Positions 35,781-45,195 of a stretch of DNA of 50,704 nucleotides are shown in pieces. The position numbers and the translations under genes were made by a program. Each line of letters opens with the position of its first letter. The stretch's first letter is position 1. This DNA is from Candidatus Omnitrophota bacterium (GTDB lineage Bacteria; Omnitrophota; Gorgyraeia; Gygaellales; Profunditerraquicolaceae): NCBI GenBank assembly GCA_030693145.1, contig JAUYBI010000021.1, positions 1-50,704 on the forward strand. The letters run 5' to 3'. The notes under the pieces are model-generated. The model had not been told where the DNA came from, did not search any database, and saw nothing but the letters and a program-made list of their open reading frames with translations.

Positions 35781-36899
35781 GTGAATAGAATAATTTGTTT
35801 ACTCACTTTATTTTTGTTAGCAACCTCTGCTCTTCAGGCAGGGGAAATACTGCGGAGAGAAAATATGGATAAAGATCCGGCTTATTTAAATGAAAGTAAT
35901 TTCAAAAATCCTTTTGGAGTATTGGAGTTTTTACACTGGAATCATTCTTGGAACAAGTATAAATATCCCAGTAATCGTGATTTAGAAAAAGCTGTTTCTT
36001 TGATGCAAGAGGCGGGGGTGGGTTGGGTTAGGGTTGATTTTTTATGGGGAGATATTGAGCCGCGAGAAGGGAACTTTGATTTTGCCAAACATGACTATAT
36101 TGTTGGGCTGCTCAAAAGCAAAGGCATGCAGATCCTAGGTGTTTTACAGTATAGCGCTGATTGGGCGTCTGCCTGCGGGCAATGGAACTGTCCGCCTAAA
36201 GATAATAAGTTATTTGTGAATTATGCAGGTAAAGTTATCGAGCGTTATAAGTCCGAAGTTAAATACTGGGAGGTTTGGAATGAGCCGGATTCTGCTATTT
36301 ATTGGAAAGAGCAGGATGGGTTGAAATCCTACGGTGTTTTGTTAAAAGAAGTTTATACAAAGGCCAAGCAGATTGACCCGGAGTGTAAGATTCTAAACGG
36401 CGGGATTGCTAATGGCATCTCTAGTATTAACCACTTGTATGATAATGGCGCCAAAGATTATTTTGATATATTAAATATCCATTTCTTTGAGACGCCGCAG
36501 CATACTGGCGGGATTGAGGCAGTGGCAAGTTATCCGAAGCTGGCGTATAAAATTATGCAGCGGAACGGAGATCAGGATAAGAAAATTTGGATTACCGAGA
36601 TTGGCTGCCCGGGGGTAAAAATGGGGTTAGCCGTAGATAACTGGTGGATGGGTAAGAATCCTACTGAGCGTCAACAAGCAGAATGGTTAAAACAAGCATA
36701 TACTGAATTATTGAAAGATCCGCATATTGAGAAGGTTTTTTGGGCTTTCTTCCGGGATACCCAAAAACATTGGGATAATGGCGTAGATTATTTTGGTTTA
36801 GTGCGCTGGGATTATTCCCGCAAACCTTCTTTTAAAGCCTATCGAGAGTGTTACCGGGGATGGAAAAAGAATAAAAATATAGAACCCAAGAGTAAATAA
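35781..36899 (+). CDS. Secreted clan GH-A (TIM-barrel) glycoside hydrolase
   Basis: WEVWNEPD acid/base and WITEIG nucleophile motifs; GTG at 35781 gives the signal peptide MNRIICLLTLFLLATSALQA; the track start at 35664 would read through the stem-loop. Confidence 0.65.
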   Translation: MNRIICLLTLFLLATSALQAGEILRRENMDKDPAYLNESNFKNPFGVLEFLHWNHSWNKYKYPSNRDLEKAVSLMQEAGVGWVRVDFLWGDIEPREGNFDFAKHDYIVGLLKSKGMQILGVLQYSADWASACGQWNCPPKDNKLFVNYAGKVIERYKSEVKYWEVWNEPDSAIYWKEQDGLKSYGVLLKEVYTKAKQIDPECKILNGGIANGISSINHLYDNGAKDYFDILNIHFFETPQHTGGIEAVASYPKLAYKIMQRNGDQDKKIWITEIGCPGVKMGLAVDNWWMGKNPTERQQAEWLKQAYTELLKDPHIEKVFWAFFRDTQKHWDNGVDYFGLVRWDYSRKPSFKAYRECYRGWKKNKNIEPKSK

Positions 36900-36900
36900 G

Positions 36901-36981
36901 TGCGGAGGAAGAGACTTGAACTCTTATGGGTTGCCCCACACGCTTCTGAGACGTGCGCGTCTGCCATTCCGCCACCCCCGC
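36901..36981 (-). tRNA. tRNA-Leu(CAG), type II with a long variable arm
   Basis: Manual cloverleaf: acceptor GCGGGGG/CCTCCGC, anticodon loop CTCAGAA, T arm AAGAG-TTCAAGT-CTCTT; no encoded CCA. Confidence 0.85.
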
Positions 36982-37045
36982 GAAATTAATCTTAAGTATA
37001 TATTAGCCTCTTTATCCTGTCAATCAATTCTCATTTCCCGCGATG

Positions 37046-37156
37046 ACATTATAATAAACCCTGCGGATTTTTATCAATTACAGTAGGGGAGGTTTAAACC
37101 TTTATTAACAACAGTAGGGTGGGTTTAAACCCACCCTACTGTTGTTAATAAAGGTT
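37046..37156. repeat. Composite REP-like element: conserved leader, A-type half-palindrome, and a 60-bp perfect B-type palindrome (37097-37156)
   Basis: 37046-37100 is near-identical to 921-975; AACCTTTATTAACAACAGTAGGGTGGGTTT|AAACCCACCCTACTGTTGTTAATAAAGGTT. Confidence 0.9.
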
Positions 37157-37183
37157 TGTTACGCTGTCCCCACTATAAATAAA

Positions 37184-37212
37184 TTGCTGTCGGGTTTTTT
37201 TGCTGTTATAAT
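37184..37212 (+). promoter_or_regulatory. Sigma70-type promoter TTGCTG-17 nt-TATAAT upstream of the AEC permease
   Basis: -35 at 37184-37189 and -10 at 37207-37212; SD GAGGAGAGG before the ATG at 37260. Confidence 0.5.
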
Positions 37213-37259
37213 AATAATTCACGAAAAGGCCTGCATTTCTAAACAGGTGAGGAGAGGCA

Positions 37260-38216
37260 ATGTTTTTAGAACAATTCAAAATTACCGGCCTGGCCATGGC
37301 CCAGATATTTCTTCTGGGTGGTTTGGGCTATATTCTGGTTAAGAAAGACATCCTTTCTCATGAAGGGCTGGATGCTTTAAGCCGTCTGGTGATTCAGATA
37401 ATCTTCCCGGCTTTAATTTTCACCCAGATGCTTAAGAACTTCCGCTTTAACCTTTATCCGGACTGGTGGATTTTTCCGTTAATTAGCCTGGCGATTACAG
37501 TTACGGGTTTAAGCGTAGGATGGCTGCTGCTTAAATTGTCAGGGCTAAAAACACATAAGTTGCAGTTTTTAAGTTTGGTGGCTTTTCAGAATTCAGGGTA
37601 TCTTCCTTTAGCGATGGCCGCGGCGATATTTACGGGCCGGCAGGCCAATGATATATTCATTTTTATTTTTTTATTCCTGTTGGGTTTTGATCTGGTGGCC
37701 TGGTCATTAGGTATTTATATGCTTACTTATGAAAAACAAGTTAAATTCAAATTGCGGAGTGTTTTTAGCCCGCCGGTAATCGCCAACTTAACTAGCCTGG
37801 CGTTAATCGCGCTGGGTTTAAATAAGTTTATCCCGGAAGTTTTGTTTAAACCTTTATCCATGGTGGGCAATTGCACTTTGCCTTTAGCGATGTTAGTAGT
37901 CGGAGGGAATGTCGCTTTAGTGCAGGTGAAGAATATCGATGGGAAGACAACCTTTATATTTTTGTTAGGGAAATTAGTTATTCTACCGATATTAGGCATA
38001 GTGATTGTTTTGAAACTTGCGTTGCCGCATTTATTAGGTTTTCTGATTGTGATGCAGCTGGCCATGCCTTCGGCAACCTCTTTAAGCGTGATTATCCGCC
38101 GTTTTAATAAGCAGGACGCTTTAATCAGCCAAGGGGTATTTTTTAGCCACATCATCGGTTTGTTGACCATACCCTTATTTTTAAGTTTATATTTATTCCT
38201 GGTTATGCTAAAATGA
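37260..38216 (+). CDS. Auxin efflux carrier (AEC) family permease
   Basis: 318 aa, ~10 TM; AEC-like sequence pattern. Confidence 0.7.
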   Translation: MFLEQFKITGLAMAQIFLLGGLGYILVKKDILSHEGLDALSRLVIQIIFPALIFTQMLKNFRFNLYPDWWIFPLISLAITVTGLSVGWLLLKLSGLKTHKLQFLSLVAFQNSGYLPLAMAAAIFTGRQANDIFIFIFLFLLGFDLVAWSLGIYMLTYEKQVKFKLRSVFSPPVIANLTSLALIALGLNKFIPEVLFKPLSMVGNCTLPLAMLVVGGNVALVQVKNIDGKTTFIFLLGKLVILPILGIVIVLKLALPHLLGFLIVMQLAMPSATSLSVIIRRFNKQDALISQGVFFSHIIGLLTIPLFLSLYLFLVMLK

Positions 38217-38668
38217 GTAACACTATCGCCACTAACCGTAAAGCGTACAGGGATTATGAACTCCTGGAGTCTTTTGAGTGTGGTATTGAATTAAAAGGCT
38301 CGGAAGTAAAATCTTTACGCGCCGCCAAGATTAATTTAAATGATAGTTTTGCCCGTTTTGAAGAAGGTGAGATTTTTTTATATAACGCGCATATCAGCCA
38401 TTACGCGCAAGCCAGTTATTTAAACGTTGATCCGGACAGGCATCGAAAGCTGCTTCTGCATAAGCAGCAGATTGAACGAATAAACGGCAAGCTTACCCAA
38501 AAAGGCCTGACCCTAATTCCGTTAAAGATTTATTTTAATGGCCGGGGTTTTGTAAAAATAGAACTTGCGCTTTGTAAAGGTAAAAAACTTTACGATAAGC
38601 GCCAAACTGTTAAGCGCAGGGAAACCGATAAACTGCTGCGCCGGATAATTAAGGATAGAAGAGGTTAA
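38213..38668 (+). CDS. smpB: SsrA-binding protein SmpB
   Basis: NRKAYRDYE..GIEL.GSEVKSLR..LLLHK motifs. Confidence 0.95.
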   Translation: MSNTIATNRKAYRDYELLESFECGIELKGSEVKSLRAAKINLNDSFARFEEGEIFLYNAHISHYAQASYLNVDPDRHRKLLLHKQQIERINGKLTQKGLTLIPLKIYFNGRGFVKIELALCKGKKLYDKRQTVKRRETDKLLRRIIKDRRG

Positions 38669-38700
38669 TTGTTTTTTAAAATATTGTTATTTGAAAATTT

Positions 38701-39106
38701 GGGGGTGAAAGGGTTCGACTTAAGCTATGTCACTTAAGAGCAGCATGCCGCGGACGCATGGTTAGCCGCGTTAATAACCCGTGCACAATTCAAACGCAAA
38801 CACGCAAGTGTCACGTTTAGGAACATTTGTTCAGCCGTCTTTTGCGGCTAGGCCGATGTTCGTACCAGCCTTCGGACTTAATTAAGTCCGAAGCCTCTAA
38901 CTGTCCAGCCTACGGGATAGATTAGGGCTCAAGTAGGATAGTCCCGGCGGTTAGCCTTCCAAACCGGGGCGAAATCGAAAAGGCTGCGCTTTGCAAATCC
39001 TGCCGGATAGGAGTTGCAGGGCTAAGTGTAAAATATCAGGCTAAGCATGTAGCGGCTTTTAGGCGATTACTTAAGGACGGCGGTCCAATTCCGCCCACCT
39101 CCACCA
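38701..39106 (+). ncRNA. ssrA: tmRNA (ssrA)
   Basis: 5' GGGGGTGAAAGGGTTCGAC pairs with the 3' T arm GGCGG-TCCAATT-CCGCC and CACCTCC-A-CCA (G3:U70); lies directly downstream of smpB. Confidence 0.9.
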
Positions 39107-39121
39107 AAATTTTACAATTTT

Positions 39122-40210
39122 ATGATGATGTTTAGAAAATTACCTATATTATTTTTTTTAACGCTACTCTTGATCTTCGGCTGCGCTACTATTCCTACCG
39201 GAGAGAATATTGCTACTTATTCCATCGGCGGGGTAACTTATTATCCTCTGGTTACCTTGTGCGATTTACGCGGGGTGGGAATGCAGTATGACGCGCTCTT
39301 GCGCACTGCTAATTTAAGTAGAGACGCGCAACAGGTGAGTTTGAGGGTGGGGGATAATTTGGTGTTGGTAAATAATAATGCCATGCATTTAAATTCTCCG
39401 ATCGATGTTTATCAAGGCACAATTGCCGTGCCCCGGCAATTTAAAGAACAGGTTTTTGATCTATTGTTTAAGCAGGCCGTTTTAGTTGGCCGCCGGGCGG
39501 TAACCGGTAAAATAAAATTAAATAAGGTGGTGATTGATGCCGGCCACGGAGGCAATGATCCCGGGGCAATAGGTAAAAACGGCTTAAAGGAAAAGGATGT
39601 AAATTTAGATATTGCCAAAAGATTAAGCAGCCTTTTGAAGGCAGAAGGGGTGCAGACTGTGCTGACCCGTTCAACGGATAGGTTTATTCCTCTTTCTACG
39701 CGGGTGAATATTGCCAATAAGTCCGGGGCAGCTTTATTTATCAGTATTCATTCGAATGCTAACCGTTCACGCTCTTTAAGCGGCTTCGAAGTTTATTATG
39801 TTGCTTCCAGCGTAAGTGATTCCAAGCGCGCCGTGCTTACGACCAGAAGTACCGCGTTGAATCTAAGGGATGCTAATTTTGCCAGTAATTCTCAGGATCT
39901 CAAGACGATTGTTTGGGATATGATTTATACCAATAGCCGGGCAGAGTCAATTGAGCTGGCGCATTCTTTGTGTAAAGTTATGGGTGCCAGTATTGACGCT
40001 AATATTTTGGGTGTTAAGAATGCCCGTTTCCAGGTATTAAAGGGAATTACCATGCCGGGAATACTGATCGAAGTAGGTTTTGTTTCTAATTTGAACGAGG
40101 AAAGATTATTAAGAACCGGCGAATATCGTGAAAAATTGGCTGCAGGTATATTAGAAGGGGTCAGGGATTATTCACAGGATATGGCATTAGTGGAGGTGGC
40201 CTTAAGATGA
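39122..40210 (+). CDS. N-acetylmuramoyl-L-alanine amidase (Amidase_3) lipoprotein
   Basis: Lipobox LIFGC; VVIDAGHGGNDPG, SIHSNA, E-containing C-terminal motif. Confidence 0.85.
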   Translation: MMMFRKLPILFFLTLLLIFGCATIPTGENIATYSIGGVTYYPLVTLCDLRGVGMQYDALLRTANLSRDAQQVSLRVGDNLVLVNNNAMHLNSPIDVYQGTIAVPRQFKEQVFDLLFKQAVLVGRRAVTGKIKLNKVVIDAGHGGNDPGAIGKNGLKEKDVNLDIAKRLSSLLKAEGVQTVLTRSTDRFIPLSTRVNIANKSGAALFISIHSNANRSRSLSGFEVYYVASSVSDSKRAVLTTRSTALNLRDANFASNSQDLKTIVWDMIYTNSRAESIELAHSLCKVMGASIDANILGVKNARFQVLKGITMPGILIEVGFVSNLNEERLLRTGEYREKLAAGILEGVRDYSQDMALVEVALR

Positions 40211-40998
40211 GCGCAATCGGTGTTTTTGATTCTGGTGTAGGCGGGCTTACGGTAGCCAGGGAAATAATTCGTCAGCTACCCGATGAAAATATAATTTATT
40301 TTGGAGACACTGCCCGTGTCCCTTACGGGATTAAGTCGCCTCAGACGGTGATTCGTTTCTCCATCGAGAACATCCTTTTTTTGTTAAAACATGATGTTAA
40401 GCTGATCTGCGTCGCTTGTAATACCGCGTCCAGCCTTGCGCTTCCGGTAATCAAGAATAATTTTCGGGTGCCGATCATCGGTGTAATTACCCCCGGAGCC
40501 AGAGAAGCAGTTTATGCCTCGCAGAATAGGCGGATTGGCGTAATTGGGACCAAAGGAACGATTAAGAGCCGTACTTATGAAACAGAGATTAAACAACTTG
40601 ATCCTAAGGTTAAGGTTACTGCCGTAGCTTGTCCTCTATTTGTTCCTTTTGTGGAAGAAGGGTGGCTTTCCGGAGAGGTTGTTTTAAGCGTAGCCAGGAA
40701 ATATTTAAAACCGCTGCGCCAGGCCGGTGTAGATACGGTAATTTTAGGCTGCACGCATTATCCTCTGCTGAAACCGGTAATTCGGGAGGTTCTGGGTAAG
40801 CATGTCATTTTAATTGATTCTGCTAAGCAGGTAGCTTTTGAAATAAAAAAGATCCTGGCTAGTGAAGATCTGTTTAATCGCGGTAAAGGCGGCCGGCATA
40901 AGTTCTATGTTAGTGATAATCCGGAGTGGTTTAGTTCGCTGGCGCAGAGATTTATGGGTAGTAAATTAATGAACGTGAGGAAGGTAGATAATGTATAG
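40207..40998 (+). CDS. murI: Glutamate racemase
   Basis: GVFDSGVGGLTV, ACNTAS, GCTHYP motifs. Confidence 0.95.
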   Translation: MSAIGVFDSGVGGLTVAREIIRQLPDENIIYFGDTARVPYGIKSPQTVIRFSIENILFLLKHDVKLICVACNTASSLALPVIKNNFRVPIIGVITPGAREAVYASQNRRIGVIGTKGTIKSRTYETEIKQLDPKVKVTAVACPLFVPFVEEGWLSGEVVLSVARKYLKPLRQAGVDTVILGCTHYPLLKPVIREVLGKHVILIDSAKQVAFEIKKILASEDLFNRGKGGRHKFYVSDNPEWFSSLAQRFMGSKLMNVRKVDNV

Positions 40999-41347
40999 TT
41001 TAAAAGTGCAAGGCACCTTCAGCTCCGCGCATAATCTCAGAGGCTATAAAGGAAAGTGCGAAGACCTGCATGGCCATAATTGGCTGGTGGAAATAGTGAT
41101 TAAATCCGCGCAACTCGATGCTGTCGGCATGGTTTTAGATTTTAAATACCTAAAGAAAAAATTAAACGCTTGTTTAGAACAGATGGATCATAAATATCTT
41201 AATAAGCTGGTTTATTTTAAAAAAGTAAACCCCACATCTGAGAATATCGCGAAATATATCTATAAAAAACTTAAACCCCGGATTCCTTGGCTTAACTGTG
41301 TAACGGTTTGGGAAAACAGCACCAGCAGTGCTAATTATGAAGAGTAA
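40991..41347 (+). CDS. queD: 6-carboxy-5,6,7,8-tetrahydropterin synthase
   Basis: FSSAHNL..C..LHGHNW motifs; 118 aa. Confidence 0.9.
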   Translation: MYSLKVQGTFSSAHNLRGYKGKCEDLHGHNWLVEIVIKSAQLDAVGMVLDFKYLKKKLNACLEQMDHKYLNKLVYFKKVNPTSENIAKYIYKKLKPRIPWLNCVTVWENSTSSANYEE

Positions 41348-41996
41348 AATTGCTAAGACTGCGGTAGTGCTTTTATCCGGGGGATTGGATTCAGCAACGG
41401 CCTTATATTTTGCTAAAGCCAAAGGTTATCAATGCCGCTGTTTAATTTTTGATTACGGCCAACTTCATAAAAAAGAAATTACCAGCGCCGTAAATATTGC
41501 TAAGGCAAGCAGATGCCCTTATGAAATCTTAAAAATAGGTTTTCCCTGGAGAGGCTCGGCGCTGCTGGATAAGAAAGTAAAAATTTCCAAGAAAATTAAG
41601 CCAGGCATCCCGTCTACTTATGTGCCGGCCCGGAATATTATATTTTTAAGCTTTGCTTTGTCGTTTGCCGAAACGATTAAGGCTAAGGCGATTTTTATCG
41701 GAGCGCATGCCCAGGATTATTCCGGTTATCCTGATTGCCGTCCTGAATTCTTTCAAGTTTTTGCTGAAATGGCCAAGGTTGGCACATATGGCGGCGGCAG
41801 GATTAAAATTTTAGCTCCGTTACTAAATAAGAAAAAAGCGCAAATTATTAGTTTGGGGCAAAGATTAGGCGTACCGTTTAATTTAAGCTGGTCATGTTAC
41901 CGCGGAGCAAAACTTCCTTGTGGAATATGTGACAGTTGCTATTACCGGGCTAAAGGTTTTAAAGAGGCGGGCCTAGCGGATCCGTTAACCAAATAA
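41328..41996 (+). CDS. queC: 7-cyano-7-deazaguanine synthase
   Basis: VVLLSGGLDS PP-loop; C-terminal Cys cluster CGICDSC (the alternative start at 41337 is equally possible). Confidence 0.9.
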   Translation: MLIMKSKIAKTAVVLLSGGLDSATALYFAKAKGYQCRCLIFDYGQLHKKEITSAVNIAKASRCPYEILKIGFPWRGSALLDKKVKISKKIKPGIPSTYVPARNIIFLSFALSFAETIKAKAIFIGAHAQDYSGYPDCRPEFFQVFAEMAKVGTYGGGRIKILAPLLNKKKAQIISLGQRLGVPFNLSWSCYRGAKLPCGICDSCYYRAKGFKEAGLADPLTK

Positions 41997-42011
41997 GAAA
42001 GAAGGGGCCTG

Positions 42012-42683
42012 GTGAAAGCCAAGATTGCCGAAATATTTGAGAGCGTGCAGGGTGAGGGCCTTTATTTGGGAGAGAAGCAGATCTTTGTGCGTTTTTTTAA
42101 CTGCAATCTCAGTTGTGCTTACTGCGATACTAAATTGGACCGGTTTACGGAGTATGAACCAAAAGAACTTTTTGAAGAGATCAAGCTTTATCGTGATAAG
42201 TATCATTCTATTTCTTTTACCGGAGGAGAGCCGCTTCTCTACGCGGATTTTCTAAAGGAGATCCTTAGGCTTACTTCCGGACACGGGCACAGGCATTATC
42301 TGGAAACAAACGGTACCCTGTTCTTTGAACTGGAAAAACTAATTGATCGCATCGATATTATTGCTATGGATTTAAAATTTCCCAGCTCCACCGGAATGGG
42401 TAATCTCTGGCAGCTGCATCGAAAGTTTTTAAAAATTGCCTCCAGAAGAGAGGTATTTCTTAAAGCCATCATCTGTCAGACAACCTCTGCAGAGGATTTA
42501 AGAGAGGCGTTGGCGATAATTAAAGAGGTAAGCCCTTCCAGCGTCCTGGTTTTACAACCAAATAGTTATGAGAATCAATCGGTTCTACATGAAAAGTTAT
42601 TAAATTTTAAGGAGATAGCCAGTCAGCAGGGGGTTACGACTTGTGTTATTCCTCAGATTCACAAAATAATGGGGTTGAGATGA
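42012..42683 (+). CDS. queE: 7-carboxy-7-deazaguanine synthase (radical SAM)
   Basis: IFESVQGEG; CNLSCAYCDT cluster; GTG start. Confidence 0.85.
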   Translation: MKAKIAEIFESVQGEGLYLGEKQIFVRFFNCNLSCAYCDTKLDRFTEYEPKELFEEIKLYRDKYHSISFTGGEPLLYADFLKEILRLTSGHGHRHYLETNGTLFFELEKLIDRIDIIAMDLKFPSSTGMGNLWQLHRKFLKIASRREVFLKAIICQTTSAEDLREALAIIKEVSPSSVLVLQPNSYENQSVLHEKLLNFKEIASQQGVTTCVIPQIHKIMGLR

Positions 42684-43114
42684 AAAGGACAGAAGGCAGA
42701 GAACAGAAGACAGAGAACAGAAAAAATAAGGCAAGTTACGAAGGGTTGCAGGAAAATATTAGGAATCTAGAAACGCCGAAGATTGAGGTTTGGCAGAATC
42801 AGTATGCGCATAAGGTTTATACGATCAATCTGGATATCCCGGAGTTTACCTGTATTTGTCCGAAGACCGGCCTGCCGGATTTTGCGGCTATCCGCATTGA
42901 ATATTGCCCGGCTAAATTCTGCGTGGAGTTAAAATCTTTTAAGCTGTACACCATATTTTTCCGTAACGTGGGAATTTTCCATGAGCATCTGATCAATAAA
43001 ATGCTTGAGGATTTTGTGGCCGCGGTCAAGCCGCGTTGGCTAAAGATTACCGGGGTTTTTAATCCTCGCGGCGGTATTACCACTACTGTTTGGCGGGAAT
43101 ATAAAACTAAATGA
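42680..43114 (+). CDS. queF: NADPH-dependent 7-cyano-7-deazaguanine reductase (type I QueF)
   Basis: EFTCICPKTGLPDF with the catalytic Cys; ELKSFKLY QueF motif; ATG at 42680 overlaps the queE stop. Confidence 0.9.
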   Translation: MKRTEGREQKTENRKNKASYEGLQENIRNLETPKIEVWQNQYAHKVYTINLDIPEFTCICPKTGLPDFAAIRIEYCPAKFCVELKSFKLYTIFFRNVGIFHEHLINKMLEDFVAAVKPRWLKITGVFNPRGGITTTVWREYKTK

Positions 43115-43968
43115 GAGAGATTAAGGCAAGCCAAATAACTAAGGCAGTTACGGAATTAGTGCGTCGTGCTAATTTTATTTTACGCAGTGATGTTTTATCT
43201 GCTTTGCGCAGCGCTTATAGATTTGAGAAAAATAAGCGTGCGAAAACAATCCTTAAGGCGATACTGGATAATGCCGCTTATGCCAGGGAAAAAAATCTGG
43301 CTATCTGTCAGGATACGGGCATGCCGGTGGTATTTGTGCAGATCGGCCAGTATCTGAAAATATCCGGAAACTTAAAAGCCGCGATCAATTCAGGTATAGC
43401 AAACGGGTATAAAAATTATTCCTTAAGAAATTCTATTGTCTCGGATCCTTTGCTTAGAGGTAAATCCGGATTTTCTCCCTGTATTATGCATATGGATATT
43501 ATTCCAGGGGATAAAATAAAATTAACCCTGTTACCCAAAGGTTTTGGTTGTGAAAACAAATCGCAACTAAAAATGTTTAAGCCCACCGCCGGCAGAGAAG
43601 AGATCAAAAAATTTATAATTGATGCAGTAAAGAGCGCCGGCCCTGATGCCTGTCCGCCCTATGTTGTCGGCGTAGGTATCGGCGGGTCAGCAGATTATGC
43701 AAGTATTATGGCTAAGAAAGCGCTTTTAAGAAAGATCAAGTTACAGGGGGGCCTACTGAGGGGACTGTCCCCGAAGGGAACTGTCCCCGGTTTTGAACGG
43801 GAACTGTTATTTGAGATTAATAACCTTAACATCGGCCCCATGGGTTTAGGCGGTAAAATTACAGCCTTGGCTGTAAATATCCAAACCTATCCCACGCATA
43901 TCTCAGGATTACCGGTAGCGGTAAATATCAGCTGTCATGCCCTAAGGAGTGCTGAGGTAGTTTTATGA
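43111..43968 (+). CDS. Fe-S type hydro-lyase (class I fumarate hydratase / tartrate dehydratase) alpha subunit
   Basis: ICQDTGMPV, GFGCEN, GIGPMGLGG motifs. Confidence 0.85.
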   Translation: MREIKASQITKAVTELVRRANFILRSDVLSALRSAYRFEKNKRAKTILKAILDNAAYAREKNLAICQDTGMPVVFVQIGQYLKISGNLKAAINSGIANGYKNYSLRNSIVSDPLLRGKSGFSPCIMHMDIIPGDKIKLTLLPKGFGCENKSQLKMFKPTAGREEIKKFIIDAVKSAGPDACPPYVVGVGIGGSADYASIMAKKALLRKIKLQGGLLRGLSPKGTVPGFERELLFEINNLNIGPMGLGGKITALAVNIQTYPTHISGLPVAVNISCHALRSAEVVL

Positions 43969-44486
43969 AAAAAATATTTACTCCATTAGATTTAAATAAA
44001 ATTAAAACCTTAAAAGCAGGCCAGGAGATTCTTTTAAGCGGCATAATCTATGCTGCCCGGGATCAGGCGCATAAGAGGATGGTTCAGGCGATTAAGTTGC
44101 GTAAAGCCTTGCCTTTTGAGCTTCGTGATGCGGTTATTTATTATTGCGGCCCCACGCAAACTCCTAAAGGTAAAATAATTGGCTCTTGCGGCCCGACTAC
44201 AAGTTCGCGCATGGATGTATTTACTAATTTTTTATTGGCTAAAGGATTAAAGGGGATGATTGGTAAGGGCTGTCGTTCTGGTGAAGTAAAGAAAGCGATT
44301 AAAAAGTATAAAGGAATTTATTTTATTACTTATGCCGGATGCGGAGCGCTTTTAAGCAAATATGTCAGGAGCGTTAAAACAGTTGCCTATGGTGATCTGG
44401 GGCCGGAGGCAATTTTGAAATTGGAAGTAGAAAATTTTCCTTTGATTGTAGCGATTGACGTTAATGGGGGGTGTATTTATGGTTAG
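43965..44486 (+). CDS. Fe-S type hydro-lyase beta subunit
   Basis: [22 protein letters not shown] motifs; translationally coupled to the alpha subunit. Confidence 0.85.
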   Translation: MKKIFTPLDLNKIKTLKAGQEILLSGIIYAARDQAHKRMVQAIKLRKALPFELRDAVIYYCGPTQTPKGKIIGSCGPTTSSRMDVFTNFLLAKGLKGMIGKGCRSGEVKKAIKKYKGIYFITYAGCGALLSKYVRSVKTVAYGDLGPEAILKLEVENFPLIVAIDVNGGCIYG

Positions 44487-45195
44487 GATTGACGGACGCG
44501 GCAATGATAGAATCAGAAAAGTTACCATCACCAGGAATTATCTTAAATATCCCGAAGGATCCTGCCTGATTGAGTTAGGTAATACTAAGGTAATTTGTAC
44601 TGCCTCGGTTGAAGAGACTGTTCCGCCGTTTTTAAGAAACTCAGGCACAGGCTGGGTTACTGCGGAGTATGGTATGCTTCCCCGCTCCTGCGGAACGCGT
44701 ATCCCCAGAGGCAAAGATTCCGGGCGCACTTATGAGATTCAGCGCTTGATTGGTAGATCCCTGAGGTCAGTTACCGATATGAAGCAAATTGGTGAACGCA
44801 CAATTTGGATAGATTGTGATGTTATTCAGGGGGACGGAGGCACGCGCACAGCTGCGATTACCGGAAGTTTTATTGCTTTAGTTGATGCTTTGCAGAAGCT
44901 TAAAAAAGACGGCAAGATTAATAAAGTTCCTATTCAGGATTATATCGCTGCTACTAGCGTAGGTATTTTAAACGGCAGTATGATTTTAGATTTATGTTAC
45001 GCGGAAGATTCCAAAGCGGAAGTTGATATGAATGTGATTATGACTACAGCAGAAGAATTTATTGAGATTCAAGGGACTGCGGAGCGTAAACCTTTTTCTA
45101 AAGATCAGCTGGATACAATGTTGGATTTAGCTAAAAAAGGGATCCAAGAACTTTTTGCAATTCAAAGAAAATTGGTCGGGGATATATTGTTATAA
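44479..45195 (+). CDS. rph: Ribonuclease PH
   Basis: [28 protein letters not shown] motifs; start at the ATG at 44479. Confidence 0.95.
   Translation: MVRIDGRGNDRIRKVTITRNYLKYPEGSCLIELGNTKVICTASVEETVPPFLRNSGTGWVTAEYGMLPRSCGTRIPRGKDSGRTYEIQRLIGRSLRSVTDMKQIGERTIWIDCDVIQGDGGTRTAAITGSFIALVDALQKLKKDGKINKVPIQDYIAATSVGILNGSMILDLCYAEDSKAEVDMNVIMTTAEEFIEIQGTAERKPFSKDQLDTMLDLAKKGIQELFAIQRKLVGDILL

Noticed and set aside
922-37156. CRISPR array formed by the GTTTAAAC-centred palindromes
   Set aside because: Copies are scattered over 36 kb at four loci, have variable architecture and are not separated by regular unique spacers. There are no cas genes in the window.
37142-37342. 66-aa ORF spanning the REP element and the AEC permease promoter
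   Set aside because: It starts inside the 60-bp palindrome and runs through the promoter and SD of the real gene at 37260.
40900-41000. preQ1 riboswitch ahead of queDCEF
   Set aside because: queD overlaps the murI stop, so there is no leader, and no preQ1-type hairpin or A-rich tail was seen.
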